Source of the DNA: Rubricoccaceae bacterium
GTDB lineage: Bacteria; Actinomycetota; Actinomycetes; S36-B12
Direction: 5' to 3'
Assembly: GCA_040381195.1 (NCBI GenBank)
Contig: JBEIHR010000002.1
Location: 1 to 56,262, forward strand
DNA: 56,262 nt
A program made the position numbers and the translations under genes. This document shows, piece by piece, positions 18,207 to 28,378 of this stretch. The notes below the pieces were generated by a model. It saw only the letters and a list, made by a program, of their open reading frames with translations. It searched no databases and had not been told where the DNA came from. The first letter of the stretch is position 1. Each line of letters opens with the position of its first letter.

Positions 18207-19261
18207 TGGCCCACCAGTGGCGCGGGGTCATCGAGGAGTATCGCGAGCGGCTTCCCGTGGGTCCGGCTACCCCCGTGGTGACACTCCGTGAGGGTGGCAC
18301 TCCCCTTGTGTATGCCTGCACGATCAGTGAACTCACCGGGTGCGAGGTGTGGCTGAAGTTCGAAGGCGCCAATCCCACCGGTTCCTTCAAGGACCGGGGT
18401 ATGACGATGGCGATCAGCAAGGCGGCGGAGGCGGGGGCCAAGGCGGTCATCTGCGCTTCGACGGGCAATACATCGGCGAGTGCCGCCGCTTACGCCGCGA
18501 AAGCCTCCATGGTCAGCGGAGTGTTGATCCCGCAGGGCAAGATCGCCATGGGCAAGTTGGCGCAGGCGATCATCCACGGAGCGAAGATCCTGCAGATTGA
18601 GGGCAACTTCGATCAGTGCCTCGTTGTCGCCCGGGAACTCGCGGAGTCCTACCCGATCGAATTGGTCAACAGTGTGAACCCGGTGCGGATCGAGGGCCAG
18701 AAGACAGCCGCTTTCGAAGTTGTCGACCTGCTCGGATTCGCTCCGGACATCCACTGCCTGCCGGTGGGCAACGCCGGCAACGTGACTGCGTATTGGCGTG
18801 GGTACCGCGAATACCACGCGGATGGGCTCTCGACACTGCCGCGCATGTGGGGATTCCAGGCCGCCGGGGCCGCGCCGTTGGTTCGTGGTGAGCCGGTGGC
18901 CCAGCCCGAGACCATTGCGACGGCGATCCGCATCGGCAATCCCGCGTCCTGGGATCAGGCGATCGCCGCGCGGGATGAATCCGGGGGTCTCATCGACATG
19001 GTGACCGACGATCAAATCCTCGCCGCCTACCGACTCCTTGCCGAGCGCGAAGGGCTGTTCTGTGAGCCATCGAGTGCGGCGAGCGTTGCGGGCCTGCTCC
19101 TGATGAAAGAAAAAGGACTACTCGATCGGGGGCAGCGGATCGTGTGCACACTCACGGGCCACGGATTGAAGGATCCGCAGTGGGCACTCGACGGGGCCCC
19201 CGACCCCATCGTCATCGCACCGCGCGCGGACGCCGCAGCGCACGCTTTGGGGCTCGCATGA
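18206..19261 (+). CDS. thrC: Threonine synthase
   Basis: 351 aa. PLP-lysine motif [12 protein letters not shown]; [14 protein letters not shown]. Confidence 0.95.
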   Translation: MAHQWRGVIEEYRERLPVGPATPVVTLREGGTPLVYACTISELTGCEVWLKFEGANPTGSFKDRGMTMAISKAAEAGAKAVICASTGNTSASAAAYAAKASMVSGVLIPQGKIAMGKLAQAIIHGAKILQIEGNFDQCLVVARELAESYPIELVNSVNPVRIEGQKTAAFEVVDLLGFAPDIHCLPVGNAGNVTAYWRGYREYHADGLSTLPRMWGFQAAGAAPLVRGEPVAQPETIATAIRIGNPASWDQAIAARDESGGLIDMVTDDQILAAYRLLAEREGLFCEPSSAASVAGLLLMKEKGLLDRGQRIVCTLTGHGLKDPQWALDGAPDPIVIAPRADAAAHALGLA

Positions 19262-20181
19262 CGGTGACCTTCACTCGCGAGCCTGTTCGGATCGTCGTCC
19301 CGGCGAGCAGCGCCAATCTCGGGCCGGGCTTCGATTGCCTTGGCATGGCCCTCGCGCTCTACGACGAGTTGGTCGCGATGGTCTCCGATGACGATGGTGT
19401 CCTGATCGAGGTCGCCGGTGAAGGTGCTGCGGACGTGCCGCGTGACGAATCCCATCTCGTCGTGCGCGCCATGCGATTGCTCTTCGATCATCTGGGAGCA
19501 CACCCATCCGGCTTCGTCCTGCGATGTCGGAATTCCATCCCGCATAGTCGCGGCCTTGGCTCCTCCGCCGCCGCGATCATGGGCGGCCTCGCTCTTGCCC
19601 GAGCCCTGGTGGACGGCGGAGTCGAGCGGATCAGTGACGACGACCTGCTCACGATCGCGCTCCCACTCGAATCACACCCCGACAACCTCTCGGCAGCACT
19701 GCTCGGCGGGTTCACCGTGGGCTGGATGCGTGACGGTGCGGCGCGCGCAGTGCGCATGCCTGTACATCCCGGCGTCCGACCCGTGGTTGCGATTCCGCCC
19801 CACCGGATGGCGACGTCCACTGCGCGGAAGGCCCTTCCCGCACACGTCAATCTCGACGACGTCATTTTCAACCTCGCGCGCGCCGGGCTCATGGCCCATG
19901 CGCTGCGGGATCGACCTGATCTACTCCTCGATGCCACCGAGGATGCTTTGCACCAGCGCGCCCGGGCGGGCATCTATCCGGAGTCCATAGATCTCGTCGA
20001 CGCCTTGCGCAGTCGCGGATTTCCGGCACTCGTCTCCGGTGCGGGACCGTCCGTCATGGTTCTCGGTCACGAACCCGCGCACAGCGTCGATGCCGTCTCC
20101 GCACTCGCACCTTCGGGATGGGATGTGGTGTCGGTTCCGATTTCCCCGAATGGCGCCACGGTCGTTCCGATCCACCCCTAG
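19258..20181 (+). CDS. thrB: Homoserine kinase
   Basis: Lies in the 19144..20181 ORF. The ATG at 19258 overlaps the thrC stop (ATGA). GHMP-kinase motifs: [13 protein letters not shown] and [12 protein letters not shown]. Confidence 0.9.
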   Translation: MTVTFTREPVRIVVPASSANLGPGFDCLGMALALYDELVAMVSDDDGVLIEVAGEGAADVPRDESHLVVRAMRLLFDHLGAHPSGFVLRCRNSIPHSRGLGSSAAAIMGGLALARALVDGGVERISDDDLLTIALPLESHPDNLSAALLGGFTVGWMRDGAARAVRMPVHPGVRPVVAIPPHRMATSTARKALPAHVNLDDVIFNLARAGLMAHALRDRPDLLLDATEDALHQRARAGIYPESIDLVDALRSRGFPALVSGAGPSVMVLGHEPAHSVDAVSALAPSGWDVVSVPISPNGATVVPIHP

Positions 20182-20330
20182 CAGGATCGGTGGGGGTACG
20201 TGTTAGGCTGAGGACACTTCGGCAGCTGGCAATGGCCCGGCTTCCCAAAGATCCGGATTCCCCGTAGGACATCTGATCGCCACTGCTTCGTGACCGAAGT
20301 TCCATTTCAGGATTCCCGATAGGACACCAC

Positions 20331-21986
20331 GTGACAGAAACAGCAACGAGCGCCAGCACGTCCAATGGCCTCTCCAGCATGCTGCTCCCCGAACTCAAGC
20401 AATTAGCCCAACAGCTGGGCATCGCCGGGTCGAGTGCCATGCGCAAGGGTGACTTGATCACCGCGATCCAAGATCGACAGAAGGCAGCGGGCAGCCCGCG
20501 CCGAGCGGCACGCCGCGATGCGGGTCCCGCCGAGCAGGGCGAGGCGCGACGCGAGGACCGCCAGGAGGATCGGCGCGAGGACCGCACCGAGGGTCGCCGT
20601 GACGATCGGCGCGAGGACCGCACCGAGGGTCGTCGTGACGACCGGCGCGATGACCGTCGTGACGACCGGCGGGATGACCGCCGTGACGACCGTGGCCCCC
20701 GCTCTGGTGGGGATGATCGCGGTGATGACTTCGACGGTGGTCGCCGTGGCCGTCGCCGTGGGCGCGATCGATTCCGTGACCGCCGTGATCGCCGTGGTGG
20801 CGGGGGGTTCCAGGAGTCGGAGCCGGAGGTCAGTGACGACGACGTCCTGCTGCCCGTCGCAGGAATCCTCGACATCATGGACAACTACGCCTTCGTTCGC
20901 ACGAGCGGCTATCTGCCGGGCCCGAACGACGTCTACGTCTCGTTGGCTCTCGTGCGCAAGCATGGTCTGCGCAAGGGAGATGCGATCACCGGCCAGGTGC
21001 GCCAACCGCGTGATGGTGAGCGCCGGGAGAAGTTCAACCCTTTGGTGCGCATTGAGTCGATCAACGGCAGTGATGTGGAGTCGGCACGTTCGCGTCCCGA
21101 GTTCTCCAAGCTCACGCCGCTCTACCCGCAGGACCGCCTACGGCTCGAGACGACGCCCAACAACTTGACCACCCGGGTGATCGACCTCGTGGCTCCGATC
21201 GGAAAGGGACAACGTGGTCTCATCGTCTCGCCGCCGAAGGCAGGCAAGACGATGGTGCTCCAGGCGATTGCCAACGCGATCACGGAGAACAACCCGGAAG
21301 TCCACCTCATGGTCGTGCTCGTCGACGAGCGTCCAGAGGAAGTCACCGACATGCAGCGTTCGGTCAAGGGTGAGGTCATCGCCTCGACCTTCGATCGCCC
21401 CGCTGAGGATCACACGATCATTGCGGAACTCTCTATCGAGCGCGCCAAGCGTCTCGTGGAATTGGGTCACGATGTCGTCGTGCTGCTCGACTCGATGACG
21501 CGTCTGGGTCGCGCCTACAACTTGGCGGCTCCCGCATCCGGACGCATCCTGTCCGGTGGTGTCGACTCCACCGCGCTGTATCCGCCGAAGAAGTTCTTCG
21601 GTGCCGCGCGCAACATCGAGAATGGCGGCTCCCTGACCATCCTCGCCACGGCGCTCGTCGAGACCGGCTCACGCATGGATGAGGTGATCTTCGAGGAGTT
21701 CAAGGGCACCGGCAATATGGAGCTCAAGCTGGATCGGCGCCTCGCGGACAAGCGGATCTTCCCTGCGGTTGACGTCGACGCCTCCGGCACTCGCAAGGAA
21801 GAACTCCTGATGTCCGCCGAGGAGCTCAAGATCGTCTGGAAGTTGCGTCGGGTGCTGCACGCCCTCGACCAGCAGCAGTCGATCGAGCTCCTGCTCACCA
21901 AGCTGCGCGAGACGGAGAACAACTACGACTTCCTGCTCCAGGTTCAGAAGACGACCCCGTCCGCTCCGGGATCGTCCGACGACTAG
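20331..21986 (+). CDS. rho: Transcription termination factor Rho with R/D/E-rich N-terminal insertion
   Basis: 551 aa. N-terminal helix bundle LPELKQLAQQLGI; an Arg/Asp/Glu-rich insert of about 120 aa; CSD-like YAFVRTSGYLPGPNDVYV; Walker A PPKAGKT; RecA-like core. Confidence 0.95.
   Translation: MTETATSASTSNGLSSMLLPELKQLAQQLGIAGSSAMRKGDLITAIQDRQKAAGSPRRAARRDAGPAEQGEARREDRQEDRREDRTEGRRDDRREDRTEGRRDDRRDDRRDDRRDDRRDDRGPRSGGDDRGDDFDGGRRGRRRGRDRFRDRRDRRGGGGFQESEPEVSDDDVLLPVAGILDIMDNYAFVRTSGYLPGPNDVYVSLALVRKHGLRKGDAITGQVRQPRDGERREKFNPLVRIESINGSDVESARSRPEFSKLTPLYPQDRLRLETTPNNLTTRVIDLVAPIGKGQRGLIVSPPKAGKTMVLQAIANAITENNPEVHLMVVLVDERPEEVTDMQRSVKGEVIASTFDRPAEDHTIIAELSIERAKRLVELGHDVVVLLDSMTRLGRAYNLAAPASGRILSGGVDSTALYPPKKFFGAARNIENGGSLTILATALVETGSRMDEVIFEEFKGTGNMELKLDRRLADKRIFPAVDVDASGTRKEELLMSAEELKIVWKLRRVLHALDQQQSIELLLTKLRETENNYDFLLQVQKTTPSAPGSSDD
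20574..20693 (+). repeat. Tandem 36-bp and 24-bp (12-bp sub-unit) repeats encoding REDRTEGRRDDR x2 and RRDD x4 in Rho
   Basis: 20574-20609 and 20610-20645 are near-identical 36-mers. 20646-20669 and 20670-20693 are related 24-mers (cg.gatgaccg.cgtgacgaccg.). Confidence 0.8.
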
Positions 21987-21994
21987 GGGACAGG

Positions 21995-22013
21995 CCCACC
22001 CGTCCCGGGTGGG
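21995..22013 (+). terminator. Stem-loop downstream of rho (possible terminator)
   Basis: cccacccg-tcc-cgggtggg forms an 8-bp stem 9 nt after the rho stop. There is only a weak T-rich tail (tgtcatactt). Confidence 0.35.
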
Positions 22014-22082
22014 TGTCATACTTAAGCGTCCGGTTCACGGGGGCCACCCGGTCCCCGACCCGGACCCGATCGAGGAGAAACC

Positions 22083-22304
22083 GTGAAGGCCGATATCCAT
22101 CCGGAGTACGTGGAGACGACGGTGACCTGCACCTGTGGCAGCACCTTCACCACGCGGAGCACCGCGAAGAACGGCGTGATCCACGCTGACGTCTGCTCGC
22201 AGTGCCACCCGTTCTATACGGGCAAGCAGAAGATCCTCGACACAGGTGGTCGTGTCGCGAAGTTCGACAAGCGCTACGGCAAGGGTGGCGCAGGCGACAA
22301 GTAG
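22083..22304 (+). CDS. rpmE: 50S ribosomal protein L31 (Zn-ribbon type A)
   Basis: 73 aa: [27 protein letters not shown]...[23 protein letters not shown]. Confidence 0.95.
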   Translation: MKADIHPEYVETTVTCTCGSTFTTRSTAKNGVIHADVCSQCHPFYTGKQKILDTGGRVAKFDKRYGKGGAGDK

Positions 22305-22411
22305 ATGAGTTCCCGGGCGCCGGCCCGGGATCGGCCGCGTGTCTCCCCCGTCGCGCGGCCGGTCCCCGACCGGCGCCCGACTCGTCTCAACGGTCGACCG
22401 AGGGAGTAGGC

Positions 22412-23485
22412 ATGTTCGACAACTGCGTGGAACTCGAAGCCGAGTTCACCGACTTAGAGAGCGCCCTTGCCGACCCCGGTGTGCACGCAGATCAGTCGCG
22501 TGCGCGGAAACTCGGTCGTCGCTACGCCCAGCTCCGGCCGATCATCGAGGCGTATCGGCACTGGCGGGCCCTCACCGACGACGAGTCGGCTGCTCGGGAG
22601 CTCGCCGAGGATGATCCGGTCTTCGCGGCCGAGGCCGATGCGCTGGCCGGCAGGATCGAGGACGCCGCGGATCGCTTGCGCACTCTGCTGCTGCCCCGCG
22701 ACCCGATGGATGACAAGGACGTCATCCTCGAGGTGAAAGCGGGGGAGGGGGGTGAGGAATCGGCGTTGTTCGCCGGTGATCTGCTGCGGATGTATCTCCG
22801 GTACGCGGAACGCCGTGGCTGGAGCACCGAAATCATCGACGCTGTCGAATCGGACTTAGGTGGCTTTAAGGATGTCTCCGTCGCGGTGAAAGCGCGCGGC
22901 GCTCCCGAACCCGGGGACGCTCCCTATGCGCGCCTGAAGTTCGAGGGGGGTGTGCACCGCGTCCAACGCGTCCCGGTGACCGAGTCGCAGGGGCGTATCC
23001 ACACATCGGCGGCAGGAGTGCTCGTGATGCCAGAAGCCGAGGACGTCGACGTCACTATCGATCCCAACGACCTGCGCATCGACGTGTATCGATCCTCGGG
23101 TCCCGGTGGCCAGAGCGTGAACACGACGGACTCCGCGGTCCGCATCACGCACCTGCCGACAGGTGTCGTGGTCTCCTGTCAAAACGAGAAGAGCCAGTTG
23201 CAGAACAAGGAGTCGGCGTTGCGCATCCTGCGCGCCCGCCTCCTCGCCCTCGCGGAGGAAGCCGCCGCCCAGGAAGCATCTGACGCGCGCAAGTCCCAAG
23301 TCCGCACGGTGGATCGCAGCGAACGCATCCGCACCTACAACTTCCCGGAGAACCGCCTCAACGATCATCGGGTGGGCTTCAAGGCCCACAATCTCGACCA
23401 GGTGCTCGACGGGGATCTCGACGCGGTCATTGATGCCTGCGTCTCTGCGGACCAGGAGAGCCGGCTTTCGGAGACGTCCGCATGA
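22412..23485 (+). CDS. prfA: Peptide chain release factor 1
   Basis: Lies in the 22202..23485 ORF, with an in-frame ATG at 22412 after GAGGGAG. Has the PVT tripeptide ([10 protein letters not shown]) and the GGQ motif ([12 protein letters not shown]). Confidence 0.95.
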   Translation: MFDNCVELEAEFTDLESALADPGVHADQSRARKLGRRYAQLRPIIEAYRHWRALTDDESAARELAEDDPVFAAEADALAGRIEDAADRLRTLLLPRDPMDDKDVILEVKAGEGGEESALFAGDLLRMYLRYAERRGWSTEIIDAVESDLGGFKDVSVAVKARGAPEPGDAPYARLKFEGGVHRVQRVPVTESQGRIHTSAAGVLVMPEAEDVDVTIDPNDLRIDVYRSSGPGGQSVNTTDSAVRITHLPTGVVVSCQNEKSQLQNKESALRILRARLLALAEEAAAQEASDARKSQVRTVDRSERIRTYNFPENRLNDHRVGFKAHNLDQVLDGDLDAVIDACVSADQESRLSETSA

Positions 23486-24420
23486 CCGACTTCACCACGG
23501 GGGGTCGCGCCACCGTCCGTGATGTTCTGGTCGACGCGGAGCGTCGGCTTGAGCGGGCCGGGGTCCCGTCACCCTCTGTGGACGCGAGCGAACTCGTGGC
23601 ATTCGCGTTGGGGACCACCCGCACCCGCCTGTTCCTGCATGATCGGCTCGATCCGGATCAGCGCGTGCGCGTCGAGCAGTTGATCACCCAGCGGCTCAAT
23701 CGGGTTCCACTTCAACACATCACCGGCACGGCACCGTTTCGGAGACTCGTTGTGAGCGTGGGGCCCGGGGTGTTCATCCCGCGCCCGGAGACGGAGCTCG
23801 TGACCGAGGCGGCGATCCGGGCCCTGGGGGAGTTCCCCGAGGGGGAGCGGCTGGCGGTCGACCTGTGCACGGGATCGGGCGTGATCGCCCTGTCGTTGGC
23901 GACGGAGGTTCCGAGTAGTCGTGTGACCGCCGTGGAACTCGACGACGTGGCGGTCGGATGGACGAGGGCGAATGTCACCGCGCACCGCCCAGTGATCGAT
24001 GCGGCGGGGAGCAGTCTCGACGTCGTGCATGGAGATGCGGTGACCGTAGCGCAGGATTCGTTGGCTTCCCTTCGGGGACGGTGTGCGGTGGTGGCCTGCA
24101 ATCCGCCCTACATACCTATCGGGATGGTGCCGCGTGAGCCGGAGGTGCGCGACCATGAGCCGCGTATCGCCCTCTACGGGGGTGAGGACGGAATGGACCT
24201 CGTGCGCGGGATTCTCATGACCGCGGGTGACCTGCTTCGACCGGGTGGGCGACTCGTCATCGAGCACGCCGATGTCCAGGGGCCCGCCGGCTCCCAGGGT
24301 GGTGTGCCCGCCGTGGTGGCACAGGCCCGCGATGCCGATGGCCGGCCCCTGTTTCGCGACGTCGTCGATCGCACGGATTTCAACGGTCGTCCTCGCTTCA
24401 CGGTGGCGACGCGCACATGA
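23482..24420 (+). CDS. prmC: Release-factor glutamine N5-methyltransferase
   Basis: 312 aa. SAM fold [11 protein letters not shown] and the catalytic NPPYIP. The ATG overlaps the prfA stop. Confidence 0.9.
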   Translation: MTDFTTGGRATVRDVLVDAERRLERAGVPSPSVDASELVAFALGTTRTRLFLHDRLDPDQRVRVEQLITQRLNRVPLQHITGTAPFRRLVVSVGPGVFIPRPETELVTEAAIRALGEFPEGERLAVDLCTGSGVIALSLATEVPSSRVTAVELDDVAVGWTRANVTAHRPVIDAAGSSLDVVHGDAVTVAQDSLASLRGRCAVVACNPPYIPIGMVPREPEVRDHEPRIALYGGEDGMDLVRGILMTAGDLLRPGGRLVIEHADVQGPAGSQGGVPAVVAQARDADGRPLFRDVVDRTDFNGRPRFTVATRT

Positions 24421-25070
24421 CCGTGCGCATCGAATGCGCGGATGGTCGCGATCGCTCCCGGGCCGTGACCGCGGCCATCGCTGCACTTCGCCGTGGGGAC
24501 CTGGTGATCCTCCCGACGGAGAACACCTACGTCCTGGCCACGGATGCGTTCTCTCCCCGGGGAACTCGGGCACTGCGCGCCGCCAAGGGGCAGCGCGACG
24601 AGACCCCGCTCGGCCTCGTCCTCCCGCGCGCCGGAACAGTCCCGGGGATCGCAGCCGATGTTCCGGCCAATGCCCGGACCCTCATGGCCGTGTTCTGGCC
24701 GGGCATGCTCACGCTGCTCCTTGAACCGCAGCCGACCCTCGCCTGGGACCACCCATCCGGGAGCCCGATCGCGGTGCGGGTCCCCGCCCATCCCGTCGCA
24801 CTCGCTGTGGTGTCGGAGTCTGGACCTACCGCTGCGAGTGGCATCACAGAGGACGGGGATCCGGTCCGGTCGTGCGACCAGGCGATGCTCGTTCACCCCG
24901 ATGCGGCAATCGCACTCGATGCGGGGATTCTCAATGCCCGATGGTCCGACGTCGAGGACCCGGACCTGGCGAGCACGATCGTCGACGTGCGAGGTGACTC
25001 GGCCGTGATCCTCCGGCACGGTGCGATCAGTGAAGAACGCATTCGCGCGGCGCTCGCTGCGACAACCTGA
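24417..25070 (+). CDS. tsaC: L-threonylcarbamoyladenylate synthase (Sua5/YrdC/YwlC family)
   Basis: 217 aa. VILPTENTYVLATDA and FWPGMLTLLL match the YrdC fold. It occupies the conserved position after prmC. Confidence 0.8.
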   Translation: MTVRIECADGRDRSRAVTAAIAALRRGDLVILPTENTYVLATDAFSPRGTRALRAAKGQRDETPLGLVLPRAGTVPGIAADVPANARTLMAVFWPGMLTLLLEPQPTLAWDHPSGSPIAVRVPAHPVALAVVSESGPTAASGITEDGDPVRSCDQAMLVHPDAAIALDAGILNARWSDVEDPDLASTIVDVRGDSAVILRHGAISEERIRAALAATT

Positions 25071-25115
25071 CGCGCTCACTACAGTGGTGCTCCACCACAT
25101 ACGCGAAGGACGCCG

Positions 25116-26372
25116 ATGCCCACGACGCCATTCTGGGGACCCGATTTCGATGCTCTCCAGGCTGAGGATCCCGAGATCGCCGCAGTGATCATGGCCGAAC
25201 TCGGTCGTCTACGCGGGGGTCTGCAACTCATTGCGAGTGAAAACCTGACATCGCCCGCGGTCCTGGCTGCACTCGGTTCCACGCTCAGCAACAAGTACGC
25301 GGAGGGATACCCGGGGCGTCGCTACTACGGCGGGTGTGCGGCTGTCGACGACGCGGAGGAGATTGGGATCGCACGGGCCAAAGAGCTCTTCGGGGCCGAG
25401 CACGCGAATCTCCAGCCGCACAGTGGTGCAAGTGCCAACCTCGCGGCGTACGGGGCGTTCCTGTCCCCGGGCGACACCGTGCTGGCGATGAGCCTTCCGC
25501 ACGGCGGTCACCTCACTCACGGGTCCAAGGTCAATTTCTCCGGCAAGTGGTTCAACGTCGTGTCCTACGGCGTGCGGGAGGACACGGAACTCATCGACTA
25601 TGACGAGGTGCGCGCCCTCGCGCTCACGCATCGCCCGCGCATGATCATCGCTGGTGCCACCGCGTACCCGCGTCTCATCGACTTCGCAACTTTCCGAGAG
25701 ATCGCGGACGAGGTCGGGGCCATTCTCATGGTCGACGCGGCGCACTTCATCGGGCTGGTCGCCGGCAAGGCGATCCCGAGTCCGGTGCCCTACGCCGACG
25801 TCGTGTGCTTTACCACGCACAAGGTTCTCCGCGGTCCGCGCGGGGGGATGATGCTGTGCAAGGCGGAGCACGCCGCGGCCGTCGACAAGGCGGTGTTCCC
25901 GATGATGCAGGGTGGCCCGCTCATGCACGCGGTCGCCGCGAAGGCGGTCGCCCTGCGCGAGGCCTCCACTCCGGCCTACCAGAAGTACGCGCGCGATGTC
26001 ATCGTCAACGCCCAGGCCTTGGCCGCCGGACTGGCCGCCCGCGGCATGCGCCCCACCAGCGGAGGCACCGACACGCACCTCGCCTTGATCGACCTTCGCG
26101 GGGTCGACGTCACCGGGGCGGAGGCCGAACAGCGCTGCGACTCGGTGGGGATCACCCTGAACAAGAACGCCATCCCCTATGACCCCGCCCCGCCGGCCGT
26201 CGCCTCCGGAATTCGGGTCGGCACCCCCTCGGTCACGACCCAGGGCATGGGGCCGGACCAGATGGACACCGTGGCCGACCTGATCGCCCGTGCCGTGAAG
26301 GATCCCGAACCGGGGATCACGGCCGAGGTGACCGCCCTGGTCGCCCAATTCCCGGCTTATCCCCGGGCGTAG
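25116..26372 (+). CDS. glyA: Serine hydroxymethyltransferase
   Basis: 418 aa. [29 protein letters not shown], and the PLP-lysine region [12 protein letters not shown]. Confidence 0.95.
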   Translation: MPTTPFWGPDFDALQAEDPEIAAVIMAELGRLRGGLQLIASENLTSPAVLAALGSTLSNKYAEGYPGRRYYGGCAAVDDAEEIGIARAKELFGAEHANLQPHSGASANLAAYGAFLSPGDTVLAMSLPHGGHLTHGSKVNFSGKWFNVVSYGVREDTELIDYDEVRALALTHRPRMIIAGATAYPRLIDFATFREIADEVGAILMVDAAHFIGLVAGKAIPSPVPYADVVCFTTHKVLRGPRGGMMLCKAEHAAAVDKAVFPMMQGGPLMHAVAAKAVALREASTPAYQKYARDVIVNAQALAAGLAARGMRPTSGGTDTHLALIDLRGVDVTGAEAEQRCDSVGITLNKNAIPYDPAPPAVASGIRVGTPSVTTQGMGPDQMDTVADLIARAVKDPEPGITAEVTALVAQFPAYPRA

Positions 26373-26398
26373 GGGACCATAGCTCCCGAGAGCTGAGC

Positions 26399-26416
26399 CT
26401 CCCCGCCAACGGGGAG
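26399..26416 (+). other. Intercistronic stem-loop between glyA and wecA
   Basis: ctccccg-ccaa-cggggag forms a 7-bp stem. It sits 5 nt upstream of the GGGAGG RBS of wecA. Confidence 0.4.
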
Positions 26417-26432
26417 CCCGAGGGAGGTGGCC

Positions 26433-27554
26433 ATGCGCGAGTACATCCTCTGTCTCCTGGCCGCCGCCGCGGTGACCTACCTGACCATGCCGCTGGCCCG
26501 CCGGCTGGCGATCGCCGGCGGCTTCATCGCACCCGTCCGCGACCGCGATGTCCACGCCACGCCGACACCCCGTCTCGGGGGCCTGGCGATGCTCGCGGGC
26601 CTCCTGGCAGGTCTGCTCTTGGCCAGCAAGTTGCCGATGATGGGCGCGGTGTTCGAGGGCGGATCGACCCCCCTCGCGCTCCTCTCCGGCGTCGCGGTCA
26701 TCGTCGCCCTCGGCATCGTCGATGACAAGTGGGGTCTGGACGCGCCGACCAAACTCGCCGGGCAGGTGCTCGCCGCGGGCCTCATGGCATTCCAAGGCAT
26801 CGCGATCATCTGGCTGCCGATCGGGGGCACGTTCGTCCTCGACCCGATCACCAGCGTCCTGTTCACCGTGCTGATCGTGCTGATCAGCATCAATGCCATC
26901 AACTTCATCGACGGCCTCGATGGCTTGGCTGCCGGCATCGTCGCGGTTGCCGCAGGTGCCTTTTTTGCCTACGCCTACCTCTTGAGCGTCGAGCAGGGGT
27001 TGGAGCGGGCGACGCTCGCGACCTTGGTCAGCGTGCTCCTGGTCGGGATGTGTGTGGGATTCCTCCCGCACAACGTCTTCCCGGCCCGGATATTCATGGG
27101 CGACACCGGGTCGATGATGCTGGGACTGCTGCTGGCGGCGAGCACGATCACGCTCTCGGGCCAGATCGACCCCAGCTCCGTCGCAGGCGGGGCGTTGCTC
27201 CCCACGCTGCTCCCGATCCTGCTCCCGATCGCGGTCATGGCGGTACCGCTCGTCGACCTGGGTCTGGCCGTCGTCCGGCGAACCCGGGCCGGCCGCAATC
27301 CCTTCGCGCCGGACAAGCAACACCTCCATCACCGCTTGATGGAGATGGGGCACTCGCAGCGTCGTGCGGTGTTGATCATGTATGCCTGGACGGCGCTGGT
27401 GGCGGGGGCGGCGGTGGCCGCGGCCTTCGTCCCGCTCGGTTATGCGATCGCCGGCTTCGTGGTGGGCACCGTTCTGCTCGTGGTCGTGGTCCGTCGGCCC
27501 GCATCGACACCGGCGGGCGAGGTCATCGAGCTGCCCCGTCGTCGGTCGGGGTGA
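26433..27554 (+). CDS. wecA: UDP-GlcNAc:undecaprenyl-phosphate GlcNAc-1-phosphate transferase (WecA/Rfe, MraY-like GT4)
   Basis: Lies in the 26427..27554 ORF, with the ATG at 26433 after GGGAGG. Polytopic. Motifs: IVDDKWGL, NAINFIDGLDGLAAG, FMGDTGSMMLG. Confidence 0.85.
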   Translation: MREYILCLLAAAAVTYLTMPLARRLAIAGGFIAPVRDRDVHATPTPRLGGLAMLAGLLAGLLLASKLPMMGAVFEGGSTPLALLSGVAVIVALGIVDDKWGLDAPTKLAGQVLAAGLMAFQGIAIIWLPIGGTFVLDPITSVLFTVLIVLISINAINFIDGLDGLAAGIVAVAAGAFFAYAYLLSVEQGLERATLATLVSVLLVGMCVGFLPHNVFPARIFMGDTGSMMLGLLLAASTITLSGQIDPSSVAGGALLPTLLPILLPIAVMAVPLVDLGLAVVRRTRAGRNPFAPDKQHLHHRLMEMGHSQRRAVLIMYAWTALVAGAAVAAAFVPLGYAIAGFVVGTVLLVVVVRRPASTPAGEVIELPRRRSG

Positions 27555-27653
27555 GCAAGGCCACGTCTCCCGAATCCCCTCCTCGGATGTGCGCACCGCG
27601 CACCCTGCGATAACGTCGGAGGACGCCCCGAGGGATGGACTGAGATCAGCATC

Positions 27654-28067
27654 ATGAGCACCACGCGGAGCATCGACGCACTCGTGCTGCGCACGGCCGG
27701 CGGTGTGACTGTTGTGGTGGGTGTGATTGCCTCCATCATCGGGGTGCTCGTGGGCGGCGGGAAGGGTCTCCTAGGCGCGGTGATCGCCACGGTGATCGTG
27801 GTGGTCTTCTTCTCCATCGGCCAGTTCACGCTCGGGGCCGTCTTGAAGAGCAATCCGCAGATGGCCCTGACAGTGGCTCTGATGATCTACCTCGTGAAGG
27901 TGGGTGTCCTGCTCGTCCTGCTCATCCTGTTCTCCGGTACGACACTCTTCGATACCAAGGTGTTCGCAGCAACGATCGTCGCGGGCACACTCGCCTGGAC
28001 CGGCGCCGAGGTCTGGGTCTTCGCGCGCACCAAAGTCCTGTACGTGGAACCCGCGAGGGATCGCTAA
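27654..28067 (+). CDS. Four-TM membrane protein preceding the atp operon (AtpI-like)
   Basis: 137 aa and hydrophobic. Assigned from its position immediately upstream of atpB, as in other actinobacteria. Function not proven. Confidence 0.55.
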   Translation: MSTTRSIDALVLRTAGGVTVVVGVIASIIGVLVGGGKGLLGAVIATVIVVVFFSIGQFTLGAVLKSNPQMALTVALMIYLVKVGVLLVLLILFSGTTLFDTKVFAATIVAGTLAWTGAEVWVFARTKVLYVEPARDR

Positions 28068-28378
28068 TGGGTACGAGTACAGGGTGGTACGGTTCCCGCG
28101 CGCAGCAGCGGTCGCAGTCGGCTCTTCCCACCATCAGAGACAACCAGCGCCTGATGGACAACGCCGCCTGGACCATCAGCAGTCGACTCATCGCCGGGCT
28201 CGTCTTGTATACCGGCCTCGGGTGGCTGCTGTCCCTGTGGCTTGGTCACCGGGCGTTGCTCATGGCGATCGGAGCCCTCGTCGGGCTCGGGTTGTCGTAC
28301 TACCTGATCTTCACGGGCCTTGCTCGCGAAGATCGACTGGCGAAGACCGCACGAGGCGAGGAGGGAGGGGACGCGTGA
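28067..28378 (+). CDS. AtpZ/AtpI-family small membrane protein
   Basis: 103 aa with two TM segments (LIAGLVLYTGLGWLLSLWLG, LMAIGALVGLGLSYYLIF). Overlapping junctions: TAATG upstream and GTGA downstream. Confidence 0.55.
   Translation: MGTSTGWYGSRAQQRSQSALPTIRDNQRLMDNAAWTISSRLIAGLVLYTGLGWLLSLWLGHRALLMAIGALVGLGLSYYLIFTGLAREDRLAKTARGEEGGDA

Noticed and set aside
20550-20830. A regular short-repeat array that could look like a CRISPR or other non-coding repeat locus
   Set aside because: The repeats are in-frame inside rho, with 12/24/36-bp units, no spacers and no cas genes. They encode the R/D-rich insert.
25209-27596. 795-aa minus-strand ORF
   Set aside because: It is antisense to the clearly recognisable glyA and wecA genes. 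The translation is Arg/Asp/Gly-rich and low-complexity. It is a shadow ORF.
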